A DNA stretch of 64,000 nucleotides from Anthoceros angustus (lineage: Eukaryota > Plantae > Anthocerotophyta), in the NCBI GenBank assembly GCA_010909165.1, contig VJWM01000223.1, positions 236,366-300,365 on the forward strand, given 5' to 3'. The notes below the pieces were generated by a model, which was not told where the DNA came from, made no database searches, and saw nothing but the letters and a program-made list of their open reading frames with translations. Position 1 is the stretch's first letter, and every line of letters begins with the position of its first letter. Below are positions 12,932 to 32,228 of the stretch, one piece after another. A program made the position numbers and the translations under genes.

Positions 12932-13166
12932 TGTTATGACCTTGTACACCGACTGCACTGGGAGCGTAGTTTAGGGCACGGTTCACATGTGTAGGTTTTT
13001 AATCACAACTCGAACGTGGTAGATGGCAATTACTGCACTTAACCTCAGCGGTTATTGGACCAGTTAGTTATGATGAGAGCAGTTATAACTGCAATCAGTA
13101 CATGTATAAATATGCCCCTTTCATCAATGAAAATCATCCTTTCCTCAAGACTTGTGCCCCACTTTA
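12932..13166 (+). repeat. Copia 3' LTR
   Basis: Preceded by the PPT and followed by the TSD CTGAG. Confidence 0.95.
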
Positions 13167-15464
13167 CTGAGAATACGGAAATACGTGTAGCTTTCGTGAA
13201 CTAGTTTGTCACGAGCTCTCTGATGCAACTCATCATAATGTAACCAGGATTCTCCCAAATACATCGAGCTCTCTGATATTCGTGAGCTTCGAAAATGGAA
13301 TCAAGTTCATGAGGTGAGACACTCTGAAAGCCACTTCGTCTATGAATAGTACCTTATTATCGTCCTTTGAGCTCCCACATTATATAAGCACAAGCACATC
13401 AAATGAGGCCAAGCACATCAAATAAGGGCTCCGCGAGAGGTAGGTAGAAAGCCCGAGTCTCCATTCTAAGATAGCCAATCCCGAATATAGCCTAGAAGAA
13501 CTCAAAACGTGCACCAATAGATATCCAGACCGAAAAAGGTAGAAACCATTGGAAAATACAATCTGCCTTAGAAATCTGAAAGGAGCAAAACCGTTCGTAA
13601 CTAATATCCCAGTTGCCACGACTCGAAAATCCTGGAGACTCATACCAAAAGAATCGCTTGCTTCAAAGGAACAATTTGGTGTGCAATTCACATTATAAAT
13701 ACTCCAATCCTTCTTAGACAACTCCGCTTGAAGTGATGAAGAGCCGGTTCCATCTCGACAAGATAGAACCTCAACTCGGGGCCTCGATGGCCCTCTTCAC
13801 ACCCCTGCATATCGTGCTTCACTTACAACTAGGCATAAAATTTTGTAAACTCATGCGGAGTGGTCATCACTAGCAGATGCATCTTTCTCCAGCCCATGGT
13901 AAAAGAACCATGGATCAAAATGTTGTGAGTGGTGCGTTGCACATGACACTGTTGCATATGCTTGCCTGATTATGGCCTTTTATTTTCTTGTCTAGTATTG
14001 GGAAGTCTGAACTCATTATTGAGTTTCAAACCGTCTAACAACAAACCCTAAACCAATTCCAACAAACCTAAAAAAACCACGTGTTTTGCCTACTTCTTGC
14101 TACCAGAGCATAACCAATAAGGTGCTTCAAATGGGATGCACTCTTTTCTTATACGGTTCGAATAACACTCTAACTCATCCTGGACAAAAGAAAGTGCTTT
14201 GTTTATTATTGATGGATACAAAACCGAACATATAGGTACGGACTTTACCCTTTTGAAAGCTCGATGAATAGCAATTCGATATCTAGAACTACACTTCTAC
14301 TTTTCGAATTTGGAGGACTCAACTTTTAGGACCGACACTCCTACGTTTCGCATACAAAGGACTCAATCTCGAGAACTCCATTCGGAATTTCGAATTTGAA
14401 GGAATCCGTTTAGAAAGTTTTTTGATTAAAAAATCAATAACTACTTTTTAGAAAACTAGGTAGTTATTCACTAGGATTCACAAGTTTGGTTCGGCTATGG
14501 GACTGGTCATTCACCTTGACGTGAGGAAAGGCGGTGTGTTGCTGTAGGGTAATGATGGTGTCAACTACGGGATTTCGTAAGCTGCTGTAAATTCGCTCAT
14601 GGTTGGTAGGAGCGCTGTCGAGCAAGGAGGAAGGATGTTGGCCCAATAACATGGACTTTCCATCAATATGCATGTCCTTGGCCCATGAACTAAGGATGTT
14701 GCCCTTTTCCATGCTAGGTTTCCTTAGTCCAGGGTGCGCAGCTGTACGCGGTGGCAGAGCAACACCAGCATCATGGAGGCCCTAGTCTAGGTCATCGCCT
14801 CCTCGATGGGGAACATTTGAGTCTCGCTGCATGCCTGAAGACAGCTCCTCCAATTTGTTGGACATGCATCACGTCTCATCAAGCAAATGATTCAGACCAC
14901 CAACACAAACGTGCTCCGCAGCCAGGTGCAGTGCAGAGAGCCGCGGCTATCAGAAAGGCATTGCAAGAAGCAAAGGAGCGGCGAGGGCTGTGGCAGGAAA
15001 CGAGAGGCGGGCAGAAGGAAGTTCCAGCTCACTGCCGCCAAGCGACGCCACGTGTGGGGCTTCATTCGTGGATCCAAGCGCTTCGAATTCAGAAATGCCG
15101 CGTACCGCGGGTGCCAGTCAGACCAAATTGCGCAATCGCGCAGTTGTTTTGACGAGCGGCGAAAGCGACTAGGTAGATATGCAGAACATGTATGTTTTAA
15201 AAAGGCGTATGGAAATGAAAATGGTGCCACATGGGTCGACCGCTGCGCTGCCATTTTAGTAATAAAGGTCCACAGGTTTAGGCGGAGGATTTTGCAACAG
15301 ACGCGGACACTTTGAGGAGGAAGGCTGGCTGTCTGGCTGGCTGGCGGGCGGGCGGGCTGCTCGGACTCGGACTGCGCTGCGCCACGAGCCAGGGTTTCAG
15401 CGCACCATCGTGGCGCAGTCCCGGGGCCGGAGGAAGGGAGGGGGCGTGATCCGCGTCGGGAAGG

Positions 15465-17059
15465 ATGAGCTTTCAGGACATTGAGGCTGGTGCGACAATA
15501 CCGAATAGAAGAGACCTGTTCGAGAACAATCGGCAGGATCCTAGCCAGGCTGTTGCAGCCGGTGTTTTCCAAATCAATACTGCGGTTACTACCTTCAAGC
15601 GCCTCGTCAACACTCTCGGCACTCCCAAGGACACCCCCGAACTGCGCGAGAGACTGTGTGTCACGCATCTTAACTCCTGCAATTCATCTAGATGTTGAGC
15701 TTGCAGACCTGTGTTTCGGCGAGCGTTTGTTGCTTCTGCTGGATCGCCACCTTCGTGCCTGGATCTCACCTCCTCCCTGTCTGCTTGCCCCCTGCAGCCA
15801 TCAGACGAGGCAGAAAATTGGCAATTTAGCAAAGGAGACCTCCGCCAGGTTGAAGTCCGCCAGTGAAACCGATCACCTAACTCCAGTCAGTGTAAGTGTT
15901 TTCCATCTCCAGCTATGGCGGCGGCATGCGCCCTCAATTTCGCTGCCTTTGTCCGGGGAAAATTTTGTGCTGCTGGCTGACCACGTCTTGCCAGTAGGGT
16001 TTCCCCGTGGAAAGCGGCCATGGCTTTATGTGTCCTGGCTCCATTCTATGCTGTGCGATTCCCGATCTTGCTGACGCACAGTATTAAATCGTGATGCGCT
16101 TGATTGAAACAGGCAAGCAAAAAGGTTGGAGATGCGAAGCTTGCACGAGATTTTCAATCCGTTCTAAAGGAGTTTCAAAAGGCCCAAAAATTGGCAGCTG
16201 AGCGTGAAACTGCCTATACCCCATTTGTTGCTCAACCGGTACTCCCCTCGAGGTAGGTGCATACTTCATCTATATTTTTTCTGTGTAGCCTGACGACAGT
16301 TGGGGAGCTGACTTGTGTAACTGTTCCCGGCAGCTATACTGCCAGTGAGCTTCAATCAGCTCCGGAAGAGAGCCAGGAGCAACGTGCTCTGCTTGTTGAA
16401 CAAAGAAGGTAGCATTGGAAATGTGTTTAGTGAGCTAGTAGTCCGTAGGGTGCTTCCGGCTCTCAGTTTGATGCTCTGCTTTTTATGGAGTATACAGGCA
16501 AGAGATTGTCCTGCTCGACAACGAGATATTCTACAATGATGCTATCATTGAGGAGCGAAATCAAGGCATTCGGGAAATACAGCAGCAGATAGGACAAGTG
16601 AATGAAATTTTCAAAGACCTAGCTGTGCTAGTGCATGAGCAAGGAGTCCAAATTGGTAATTGCATGTGGATGTGTTCTTCCGGTCATACATTAACCGATG
16701 CCATGTTTCTTACAGTGTCCTGATGGGGTTGCCATTGTGATGTAGATGATATCGACTCAAATATTGAGAGCTCTCATGCGGCCACTGTGCAAGCAAACCA
16801 CCAGCTTATGAAGGCTTCCAAAAGTCAAAGATCAAACTCTTCCCTGGTAAAATCGACATACCCACTTGTTTCCAATTTCCTCTCCTGTATGGCTGACTTG
16901 TGTGGCCTTGTTCGTGATTTGACCTTCGGTAGATGGCTTTATCGGTAGTCTGTCAGACATGCTAATGCCCCGCTCCTGCGATGTCTTTTGCAGACCTGCT
17001 TGCTGCTCGTGATTTTTGGTGTGGCACTGCTCATTGTCGTCATCGTCATGGCGGCTTGA
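15465..17059 (+). CDS. SYP22: Qa-SNARE syntaxin, SYP2 (SYP22/VAM3-like) family, about 7 exons
   Basis: [84 protein letters not shown] motif [33 protein letters not shown] and C-terminal [22 protein letters not shown]. Confidence 0.93.
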
Positions 17060-17660
17060 GCACTGTTATAAATGAAGTACCTACATATCTACTCAATATC
17101 TTCAATTCTTACAGCTCTTCCAACACAATAAAGATCTAAAGATAGTTATTCTTAAGCCAGGCTTTTAAGTAGGTGCGTGTGTTTTGTACATTAGAGTGGA
17201 ACATTGGAAGCTCTGGCAATTGTCCTGCCTTGTATATCAGCATAATTGTCCCCAAATGAAATCGTCATCTGAGACTGAAGCACATGACGAGTACTCAGAC
17301 AGTCCTCCTACTGATACACGCAAAAATTCCACTGGCAGATTTTCCGTGTGCGTGAGGGCTTCGCTAACTATTGGCAAGCACCATGGTATTATATGTATCA
17401 AATTTTATTTTTATCCCTTTCGATTCATCACAATGTGCAATGCCCACTTTGACATGCAATGGCCTTCCACTCGTGAACATGGCATCGCTATTTCTCTTCG
17501 TACCAAGTATAATAATTAACTGACACTCTGCATGCGCTTCTGTTATTTGGCTGCAAGCTGCTTGTGACTTGGGCGCCCTCTACGGCTCTGGATTGCGCAA
17601 GCCAGTCACTGAAGTTGCTGGCCCTTACTACAAAATTGAGTTGGCTCCTTCGATGCCAAG

Positions 17661-24796
<7,136 letters not shown>

Positions 24797-24949
24797 GGCA
24801 GGCGGGCGCTGCAGAGGCGTGCGGCGGGACAAGTCTGGCCCCAGCCCGTGCGTGGCATCCGACGCCGGTGCCTGGGCAGGCGGCTGGGCTGCCCAACGTG
24901 CTTCAAGGCCAGCAGCAGCAGCAAGTTGAGTGTGAGGGGAACGTTGGCG

Positions 24950-24988
24950 TATGTGCGCGTGCGCGTGTCTGTGTGTGTGTGTGTGTGT
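24950..24988. repeat. (GT)/(GC) alternating purine-pyrimidine microsatellite in the ECA3 upstream/5'UTR region
   Basis: tatgtgcgcgtgcgcgtgtctgtgtgtgtgtgtgtgtgt-type tract. Confidence 0.8.
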
Positions 24989-25263
24989 TTACAGGGAAGA
25001 TAGTCTAATAGCGGTGAAATTTTTGTCTTTGTCGATTCTGCGCGCATCGGAGCGCTGTGCGGTTAGAGGGCCCGCCTGGAGCTGCAGATGCGGCAGCAGA
25101 AGAGGTCGCGGAATTTGTCTCGCGCACGAGGCGCCGTGTGGATAGGCAGGTCCTCGAGGCGAGGGGGAATGTCGAGACGTCTCATCGGCTTCTCGACTCG
25201 AGTCGCGTCTCGTGAATGAGTCGCGATTCGAGTGTGTCACAGCCTAGAGTAGCAGTCCGGAGC

Positions 25264-25290
25264 ATTTAGGGTTGAAAGGAAGGGGCCCAG
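25264..25290. promoter_or_regulatory. Telo-box-like (TTTAGGGTT) and site II (GGGCCCA) motifs in the ECA3/RGG divergent promoter
   Basis: atttagggttg followed by aggggcccag. Confidence 0.45.
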
Positions 25291-25854
25291 TTCCAAGCGG
25301 CGGCAAGGGCAAGGGCTTGAAAAGGCCCCCGTCCCTTAAAGAAAACCCACCCTGCCCTTACCTACTCTTCCCTGCCCTTACCGATACTTTTTTCCCCTAG
25401 GCCTCCAGTTCCACCAAGGGCAGCGCTTGCTCCATTCTGGTCCCCTCTCTCTGCCTGCTCGCGCTGGTCTGCCTGCAGCGTCTTCTTAGCCATTGTGTTC
25501 TGTGCTGTGTGCGTTGTTCCTGCTCTGCGCTCGCTCGCTCGCGCTGGTGGCTGGGGTTGCGTGCGTGCGCGTGCTGTCGGGCGAGGGTTTGTGGGGAAAT
25601 CGTGAGGCTGCGTTCGTGCTTGTGCGCCGCCTGCTGCTGCCTCTGAAAGCAATCCAGGTGAATGGGGCGAGTGCAACCGGCGGCGGCGTCGGCGGCTGGA
25701 GCAGCGGTAGCAGCGGCGGCAAGAGCAGCAGCGGCAGCAGGAGCTCCCACAGCATGCGGCAGGAGTGCGCTCGCGGGGCCTCATGAGTTGAGCGACGCCC
25801 GGGCGTGTGCCAGTCCCTACAGCAGCCTCACCTGTGCTGGCGCTGCAGCCAGCC

Positions 25855-27889
25855 ATGTCGACGCAAAACTTCTTCGCGTTGCTTGGGGACGACGAGAATG
25901 AGGATCCCATCGCCGCTATCGAGAGGGCCTCCTCTCCAGCCGTTGCCGCCACCTCCGCCGCGGCATCAAAGAAGCAGCAGCAGCAGACCACGGCCGCTGC
26001 CAAGCTGCCGTCCAAGCCCTTGCCGCCAGCTGAAGCCGGTGAGCTGCAAACCTAGAACGCGCTTTCCGCATCTCCTCCCTTCGGCTTTTTTTTTTTGTGT
26101 GTTTTCGGCTGCCTAGTTGACAATTGCTTGCCGGCGTGAGGTAATGCAGTGAAAGACGGGCGCGGCTACGAGAACAGCAACAACACCAACAACTACAACA
26201 CGCGAGGAGGCAGAGGCGGCCGTGGAGCGCGGGGTGGCGCCCGCGGAGGTTACGCGGATCGCGAGGGAGGAGGATTCCGTGACCGGGACTCGGGGTTTTC
26301 TCGGGAATTTGTGCCGCGGGATCGCCCCAATTACGGCGGCGAGCGCAACAGCAATTTCACTCGCAACGGCGGGGAGCCGACCGAGGGCGGGTACCAGGGC
26401 GGCCGCGGCGGCAGTGGCAGCGGATACTATGGTGGAGGAGACAGGGCACCGCGGGGTGAGGATGGTGAAGTCCGGTCCTACGATGGCAGCCGTGGCAGGG
26501 GCCGTGGCCGTGGCAGGGACCGTGGGTTTGGCGGGGTGGACGGCGAGGAGCGCCCTCGTAGGCGCGAGTTTGACAGGCACAGTGGATCCGGCCGCGGGTA
26601 AGCCTCCTTTGCTTCTTGATGTCTCATTCTTTAGTCTCCCCGTTCACAGATACCTCTTTTTTCCTTCATCGTATTGTCCGCTCCCAAGGCAGAGCGAGCT
26701 TGAGCTGTTGTTTAGTCTGTGTGCCTTGTCCTATCCTGTCCAACTGGCACTGGCACCTCCAAGTGAAGCAGCAGAGGTTAGGCAGCGTGCCGTGCTGATA
26801 GTCTAATGTAATGTGTCAGTACTGAGCTGAAGCGTGATGGTGCCGGTCGCGGCAATTGGGGCACTGATGGGGATCAAGTTAGCGTTTTTACGTAAGTGCA
26901 ACGCATCCACATGAGTCAAGAGCATCATCACTCCGCCACTTGTCTATCTGCTCTGCCAAGGCCACACCTTCGTCCTTCTTCACTCGGATGTTTTTCTGGT
27001 CCTGTTCCTGCCGTCAGCTTGACCTTTTGTTGGCGTGTGGCAGGGAGCCGATTGAGCCTGTGAAGGATGAGAAGTCCCCTCCTGAGCTGGAGGATAAGAA
27101 GGTGGAGACCGATTTTGCGCCGGAGTCTGCTGTTGCTGTTGTTGTTGAAGATGGCGAGGAGAAGAAGGAGGAGGAAGAGGATAATGTAATGCCGAGCGTC
27201 CGTCCTTTATGCTGTTGCTTGTGTGCTCTTGAGGATAAATTCTTTTGTGTTGATTTTTGGCTTGGGTCTCATGCCAGGAAATGACCCTGGATGAGTACGA
27301 GAAGATTTTGGAGGAGAAGAAGAAAGCCCTCGGTGTCAACAAAGCCGAGGAGAGGAAGGTGAAGGTGGACAAGGATTTTGAGTCGATGCTGCTCGTTGAG
27401 AAAAAGAACGATGAGGATTTCTTCATCAAATTGGTATAGTACTATGCAGAGCCGTGTCCATATTTGTCCCTACTCTTGTGGGTTTGTGGGGATTCTAACG
27501 GAACCGACTTGGCGGCCGCCAGGGTTCGGACAAGGACAAGGGCAAGAAGAAGGAAGCGGGTGAAAAGGAGGAGAAGGCAAAGAAGGTAGACCCCCTAAAG
27601 TCCAAAATAACCAGATTGCAGTGGTGGGGCTTTCGGTTGTGGGTATAGACCTGACAATCCTGTTGCTTTTTTTGGTTGGAAGGCGGTGAGCATCAACGAA
27701 TTCCTGAAGCCCGCCGATGGAGAGCGGTACTATGGAGCTGGGGGCCGTGGACGCGGTCGTGGACGCGGTCGCGGGGAGGATCGTGGAGGGTTTCGGGGTG
27801 GTTTTGCAGGGAGTTTCAACAACGCTCGGCGGGGATCTGCTCCTCGCATTGAGGACCCTGCGCAGTTTCCCACCTTGGGGGCCAAGTGA
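25855..27889 (+). CDS. RGG-repeat nuclear RNA-binding protein (Stm1/HABP4/SERBP1 family, RGGA-like)
   Basis: MSTQNFFALLGDDENEDP..AKLPSKPLPPAEA, RGG boxes, RREFDRHSGSGRG/ELKRDGAGRGNWG, EMTLDEYEKILEEKKKAL and SINEFLKPA..APRIEDPAQFPTLGAK*. Confidence 0.93.
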
Positions 27890-28929
27890 AGGTGATGTGG
27901 GTGAGGGACAGGTTTAGTGTGTTAGGATGAGGGTGCCTGTTTGTAGGTTTGTAGGTTTTAGGTTAGTGGAAAAGTAAGTCTTCGGGCATGGGTTCCGCTA
28001 GGAGATGGTTTGCAAGCAATGAAGGGCAGGGCAGGGGGCAGGGAGGCGCCGAGGGGTGGTGGTGGGACTTCCATTCCTTTCCTGACCTCCTTTCCTGACC
28101 TCCTTTCCCCCTGGCAGCAGCGGAGGAAGCGGTAATGTAGGGCCCGAGGATGACAGCGGGTTTGTCGGGAGTTGTGGGGCGGGGGGGGAAGCGGCATTTT
28201 CGGAACGATGTAGGAGAAGGGCCCCGTGGTCTTCCCTGTTGAATATTTTTGCTCGAGACTGGTAGGGCAGAGTTGATGATGAGAAGTGGTCCCTGTGTGT
28301 TGAGGGGCGACGGGGGAAACCTTTAATGCGGCCTCCTGTTCCTGTTGGATTCTGTAATGCGCAAGCTTTGTTTTCTTTTGGTTACCAATCTCTCTCTTGT
28401 CCCTGTGGATGTAGTGACCACGGACACGTAGCAGCAGCAGCCAGCAGTAGGAAGCTTGGCCAGAGAGATGAGTGAAGCAGGGAGTTTTCGGGAGAAAAAT
28501 GTACGTACGTTCACACAGACATACAGTACGTAGTTTAGGTTGGAGAAAATTGGTGGTGGCGGGCGGTGCCTTGTTCTCACACCACTCCCACTGCGTGTGT
28601 GTGTTGCCTCGTCGCCTTGACCGGTGCGTGCGCGCGCTGACGCGCTGCGAAAGGTCGCTACCCGCGCAGCGCACCCGCGTAGCATGTAGGTGTGGTGAGC
28701 CCCGACGCCTGGACCCCTCCCCTCCCCTTCTTTGTAGAGCGTAGGCCTCATGGGCTCCGGTCCTGTTGCTTGACCGCTTACCGTTCTCGGTTCCGCCCGC
28801 CTTCCTGCCTCCACCAGCTGCAGCTCCACGCCCTTCCCTTTCTTATGAAGAAGCGGATTCAGGAATCGAGGGAGTCGCAGCAGCAGCGCCGGACGCAGCA
28901 GCAGAGCTTGAGACGCTTGAGACGCGCAC

Positions 28930-29040
28930 GGAGGAGGAGGAGGAGGAGGAGGAGGAGGAGGAGAAGGAGGAGGAGGAGGAGGAGGAGGAGGAGGAGCAGG
29001 AGGAGCAGGAGGAGGAGGAGCAGCAGGAGAGGAGCAGCAG
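28930..29040 (+). repeat. (GAG)n polypurine tract upstream of the zinc-ribbon gene start
   Basis: About 100 bp of near-perfect GAG repeats with a few AAG/CAG units. Confidence 0.95.
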
Positions 29041-29086
29041 CCCCAGCGCCCGCGCCCGCGCCCGCGCCCGGCTGGGCCTCGCCCGG

Positions 29087-32000
29087 ATGCCCAGAATTGT
29101 GAAATGCCCCAAGTGCGAGGTCCTGCTGCAAGAGCCTCCGCCGGGCACTCCAATCTACCAATGCGGAAACTGCTCCACCACCCTCCGGAGTAAGTCCCCC
29201 GTCCCGCCATCTCCAGCTCCAGCTGCTGTGCTGCTGCAATCTGGAATTCTCTCTGCCTTCCTCACAATTCCTGCCCTTGCTTGCTTTCCTTGCAGCCAAG
29301 CCCGTCGCCCACGCTCCGGAGAACGCCGGCGAGGCGCGGCTCGAGCAGGACCTCTCCTGGCGCCGGAGGTCCTGGTCCCAGGAGCGGGAGCAGGCCCCGG
29401 CCCCGGCCCCAGAATTGCTGGCCATGAGGCCGGCGTCCCCGTACAGGGATCCCGCCTACTATCCAGCTCCCGCTCCCGGAGATCAGCAGGGCTCGGCAGC
29501 GCCGGAGGGGCCTTCCTACAGCTACAACAGATTCCTCAACAATTCTTCCATGGACCATCACAGGCCCGCCCCTCCGCGCCGGCCTTACAACCCGGACGCT
29601 GGAGCTGGAGCTGCCCCGGCCCCGGCCCCGGGCTACCCTAATGCGGCATACGCCAATGCGGGCCCTGCCAGATCTCCTCCGCACGAGCCTGCGCCACTGC
29701 CCAAGAGCGTCCGGGACAAGGTCTTCTCCGCGGGCCGCCCCGGGACGCCGGGATTTGATGTCAGCCCCTACGACGGGCAGCAGCAGCAGGTCGCGGAGCA
29801 TGACGAACCCGTGCAGTTCCAGCAGGTGCAGCAGTTCCAGCAGGTGCAGGTGCAGTTCTCGGCGCCCCAGAGGAGCCTGCGGTGGAAGCCGCGGCCGGAT
29901 CACGAGGATGCTCTGCCTGGGCATGGGCATGGGCAGGGGCTGGGACTGGGTGGGGGGGAGGAGCAGCAGGGGGAGCTGGACAGGGTGGCGGACATCTACG
30001 AGGCTCCGGGAGACGCGCCGGATTACGAGCCCAGTGAGAATTCGTCGCCTTTCAGCGAGCCTGACCAACTGCGTCGGCTCTCCGACCTGGAATTCATCTC
30101 CGAGGTAGGGCTTGGCACGGTGCCTGAGTACGGGGTGGCCAAGCATGATGCTGCCCATGTTACCGGCTTGGCTGCCAGGGCTGCTGCTGCTGTGCCGGAC
30201 AGAGTGCAGGTGCCGGGCCCGGCGGGGGACGGACCTCTGCCCCCGGCCTCGCCCCAGGTGAAGAATCAGTTGAGTCCTCCTGCTTGGTTGCGGGATAAGC
30301 AGGGTCCGGGCCAGGGCCAGGGCCAGGGCCAGGGGCATGTGCAGGAGCCCAGTGTCGCCATGCCGTCTGACCTGTTCCGGAAGGGAGCTACGGAGTACGG
30401 GACCAGGTTGCCCGCCGCGCAAGAACACCATCTTGCTTCTGCTGCGGCAGCTGCTGCGGCTGCCCAGGGAGGTTATGGGTCTGATCACGGGGTGCCGGAG
30501 CACCTGCAGGTGGTGCTGGAGCCGAGGATTGACACATTTTTAGATCAGGAGGAGGTGCAGCCGCAGCACACACAGGAGCCGGCGGCGCGTGGTAGCGTGT
30601 CACCTGGGGCGTCCTACAGTTACAGGTTGAATGTTCTGCAGCCCTCGGAGGATTTGGAGAGGAGTCAGGATGCACTGTCGTCGCCCAATGGGCATTCCAA
30701 GCTTCATCCCCCTTTTCCTTCCCTCCGCGACCCACCTTATGTGGTATGCCAGCACTGCTTGCAGTTGCTGGTCTTGCCCAAGGCCTTGCTACGATTGCCT
30801 CTGACTAGGATGACCCAGAAGGTGCGGTGCGGATCCTGTAGCCGGATATCTGTCTACTCTGTGGAGCAGCCTGTTGGGGGTGGTGTCTCGCCCAGCCATC
30901 TTGCCGTCCTTGACCTTGGGCGGGAGCAGCAGCTAGGGGCAGGGGGATCTGGATTTGGAGGCTTTCCCAGTCCCGTTCGTCCACCTATGGGAGTCCCGAC
31001 TGCTGCAGCGTTTGAGGCAGGACGTAGACACCCTGTCGTAGTAGAAGTGCAATCACCAGGTGCCCGCCAGCTTCCATCCCCGACCCTTGGACCTGGCCTC
31101 AACAACTCTAAGGGGAAAGAAATATTTGACGATTTTCGTGGTTCCGGCTCCTTTGATAAGTCAGGGTCGGAGCAAGGGTCTGAGATTCAGGAATTACCGG
31201 GGATGCATGGTTCCTTTCATGGTAGCAGTGATTCCGAATCGGACTCGGTGAAAAATGGGACAGCATTCGGAAATCCGAATAGTCCCCATGTACTTCAAGA
31301 TGATACTCCTGGAGCCCATGACGAAAGCTCCACTTATCCTTCAACTATCTCCGCAGGTGATGAGGGCAGGGCCAGGAACAAAGTAGCTAGTATCCTTAAA
31401 GGCTTCAAAGATTTCACTACAAAATCGGGCCAGGGGAAGATTTATCGTCGCCAGGTTTTTGTGAATGGTCGACCCATTCCTGATCCCCTCGTCAAGAAGG
31501 CAGAGGAGTGTGCTGGACCCATACATCCAGGAAATTATTGGTGAGTACCCGGGCACCTTCCACCAGGAATTCTGGTCCATTCTTTCCTTCGTCTCCAATT
31601 TTTTAGACACGCGTCTCATGTTGCCTTGTTCATGCCAGGTATGATGCACATGCTGGATTCTGGGGTGTTATGGGAGGACCTTGTCAAGGCATCATCCCTG
31701 TGAGTATTTCAGACCATGTCATGGTGCACAAGGATTTGGGTGATAATTGAGGATAACTGGGTGGTGTATCCACAATTTCCTTGTCTTGACTGTTTCTTGT
31801 TGGAAATCCAGCCTTTTATTGAAGAGCTGAACCATCCATTGCCGAGAGATTGCTCTGGTGGCAGAACGGGGGTGATAGTCAATGGCAGGGACCTGCACAA
31901 AGTTGATCTTGACATTCTAGCGAGACGTGGCCTTCCCACGACTCCAGGAATGTCATACCGTGTTGAAATCGATGGCCGGGTGACGGCCGAAAACACTGGC

Positions 32001-32228
32001 CAAGTGCTGAAGGGTTTGGGAAGGCTTGCCCCATCGTATGTCCTATGATCTCATGCTACGCCACTGCTGCCTTGTATTTACCTGAGTGCTTCTGTTTGAC
32101 CAGTAGTAGGTTACCGAATCCCAGTTGTGATCTCTGAAAGTTGTATGGATTGCCAGCGGTTTCTTATGTTAATATGCTTTGGCAGGGTTGAGAAAAGAGG
32201 TCGTGGGCATGGGATGGTCGTTAAATGA
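29087..32228 (+). CDS. EDR4-like / extra-large-G-protein-like zinc-ribbon protein
   Basis: N-terminal PRIVKCPKCEVLLQEPP..IYQCGNCSTTLR, central CQHCLQLL..QKVRCGSC, and C-terminal VFVNGRPIPD..VKKAEECAGPIHPGNYW/YDAHAGFWGVMGGPCQGIIP/PFIEELNHPL..CSGGRTGVIVNGRDLH..LGRLAP/VEKRGRGHGM. Confidence 0.9.

Larger units (their letters stand above)
9541..13166 (+). mobile_element. Ty1/copia LTR retrotransposon, internally deleted (gag-PR-INT, no RT/RNaseH), 3626 bp
   Basis: LTRs at 9541-9775 and 12932-13166 (235 bp, about 10 differences by hand count). TSD CTGAG at 9536-9540 and 13167-13171. PBS TGGTATCAGAGC (tRNA-iMet) at 9776-9787. PPT GCGAGGGGGAG at 12921-12931. Confidence 0.95.

Noticed and set aside
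14436-14476. Hairpin followed by CTAG as a possible Helitron 3' end
   Set aside because: The stem is AT-rich, the spacing is atypical, and CTAG is followed by G rather than the expected T.
14460-15320. Several 60-140-aa ORFs upstream of the syntaxin gene
   Set aside because: There are no recognisable motifs or consistent splice structure; treated as promoter/intergenic DNA.
28323-30503. Long minus-strand ORFs (295 aa and 413 aa)
   Set aside because: They are antisense to the GC-rich EDR4-like exon and the GAG tract, with no domain signal.
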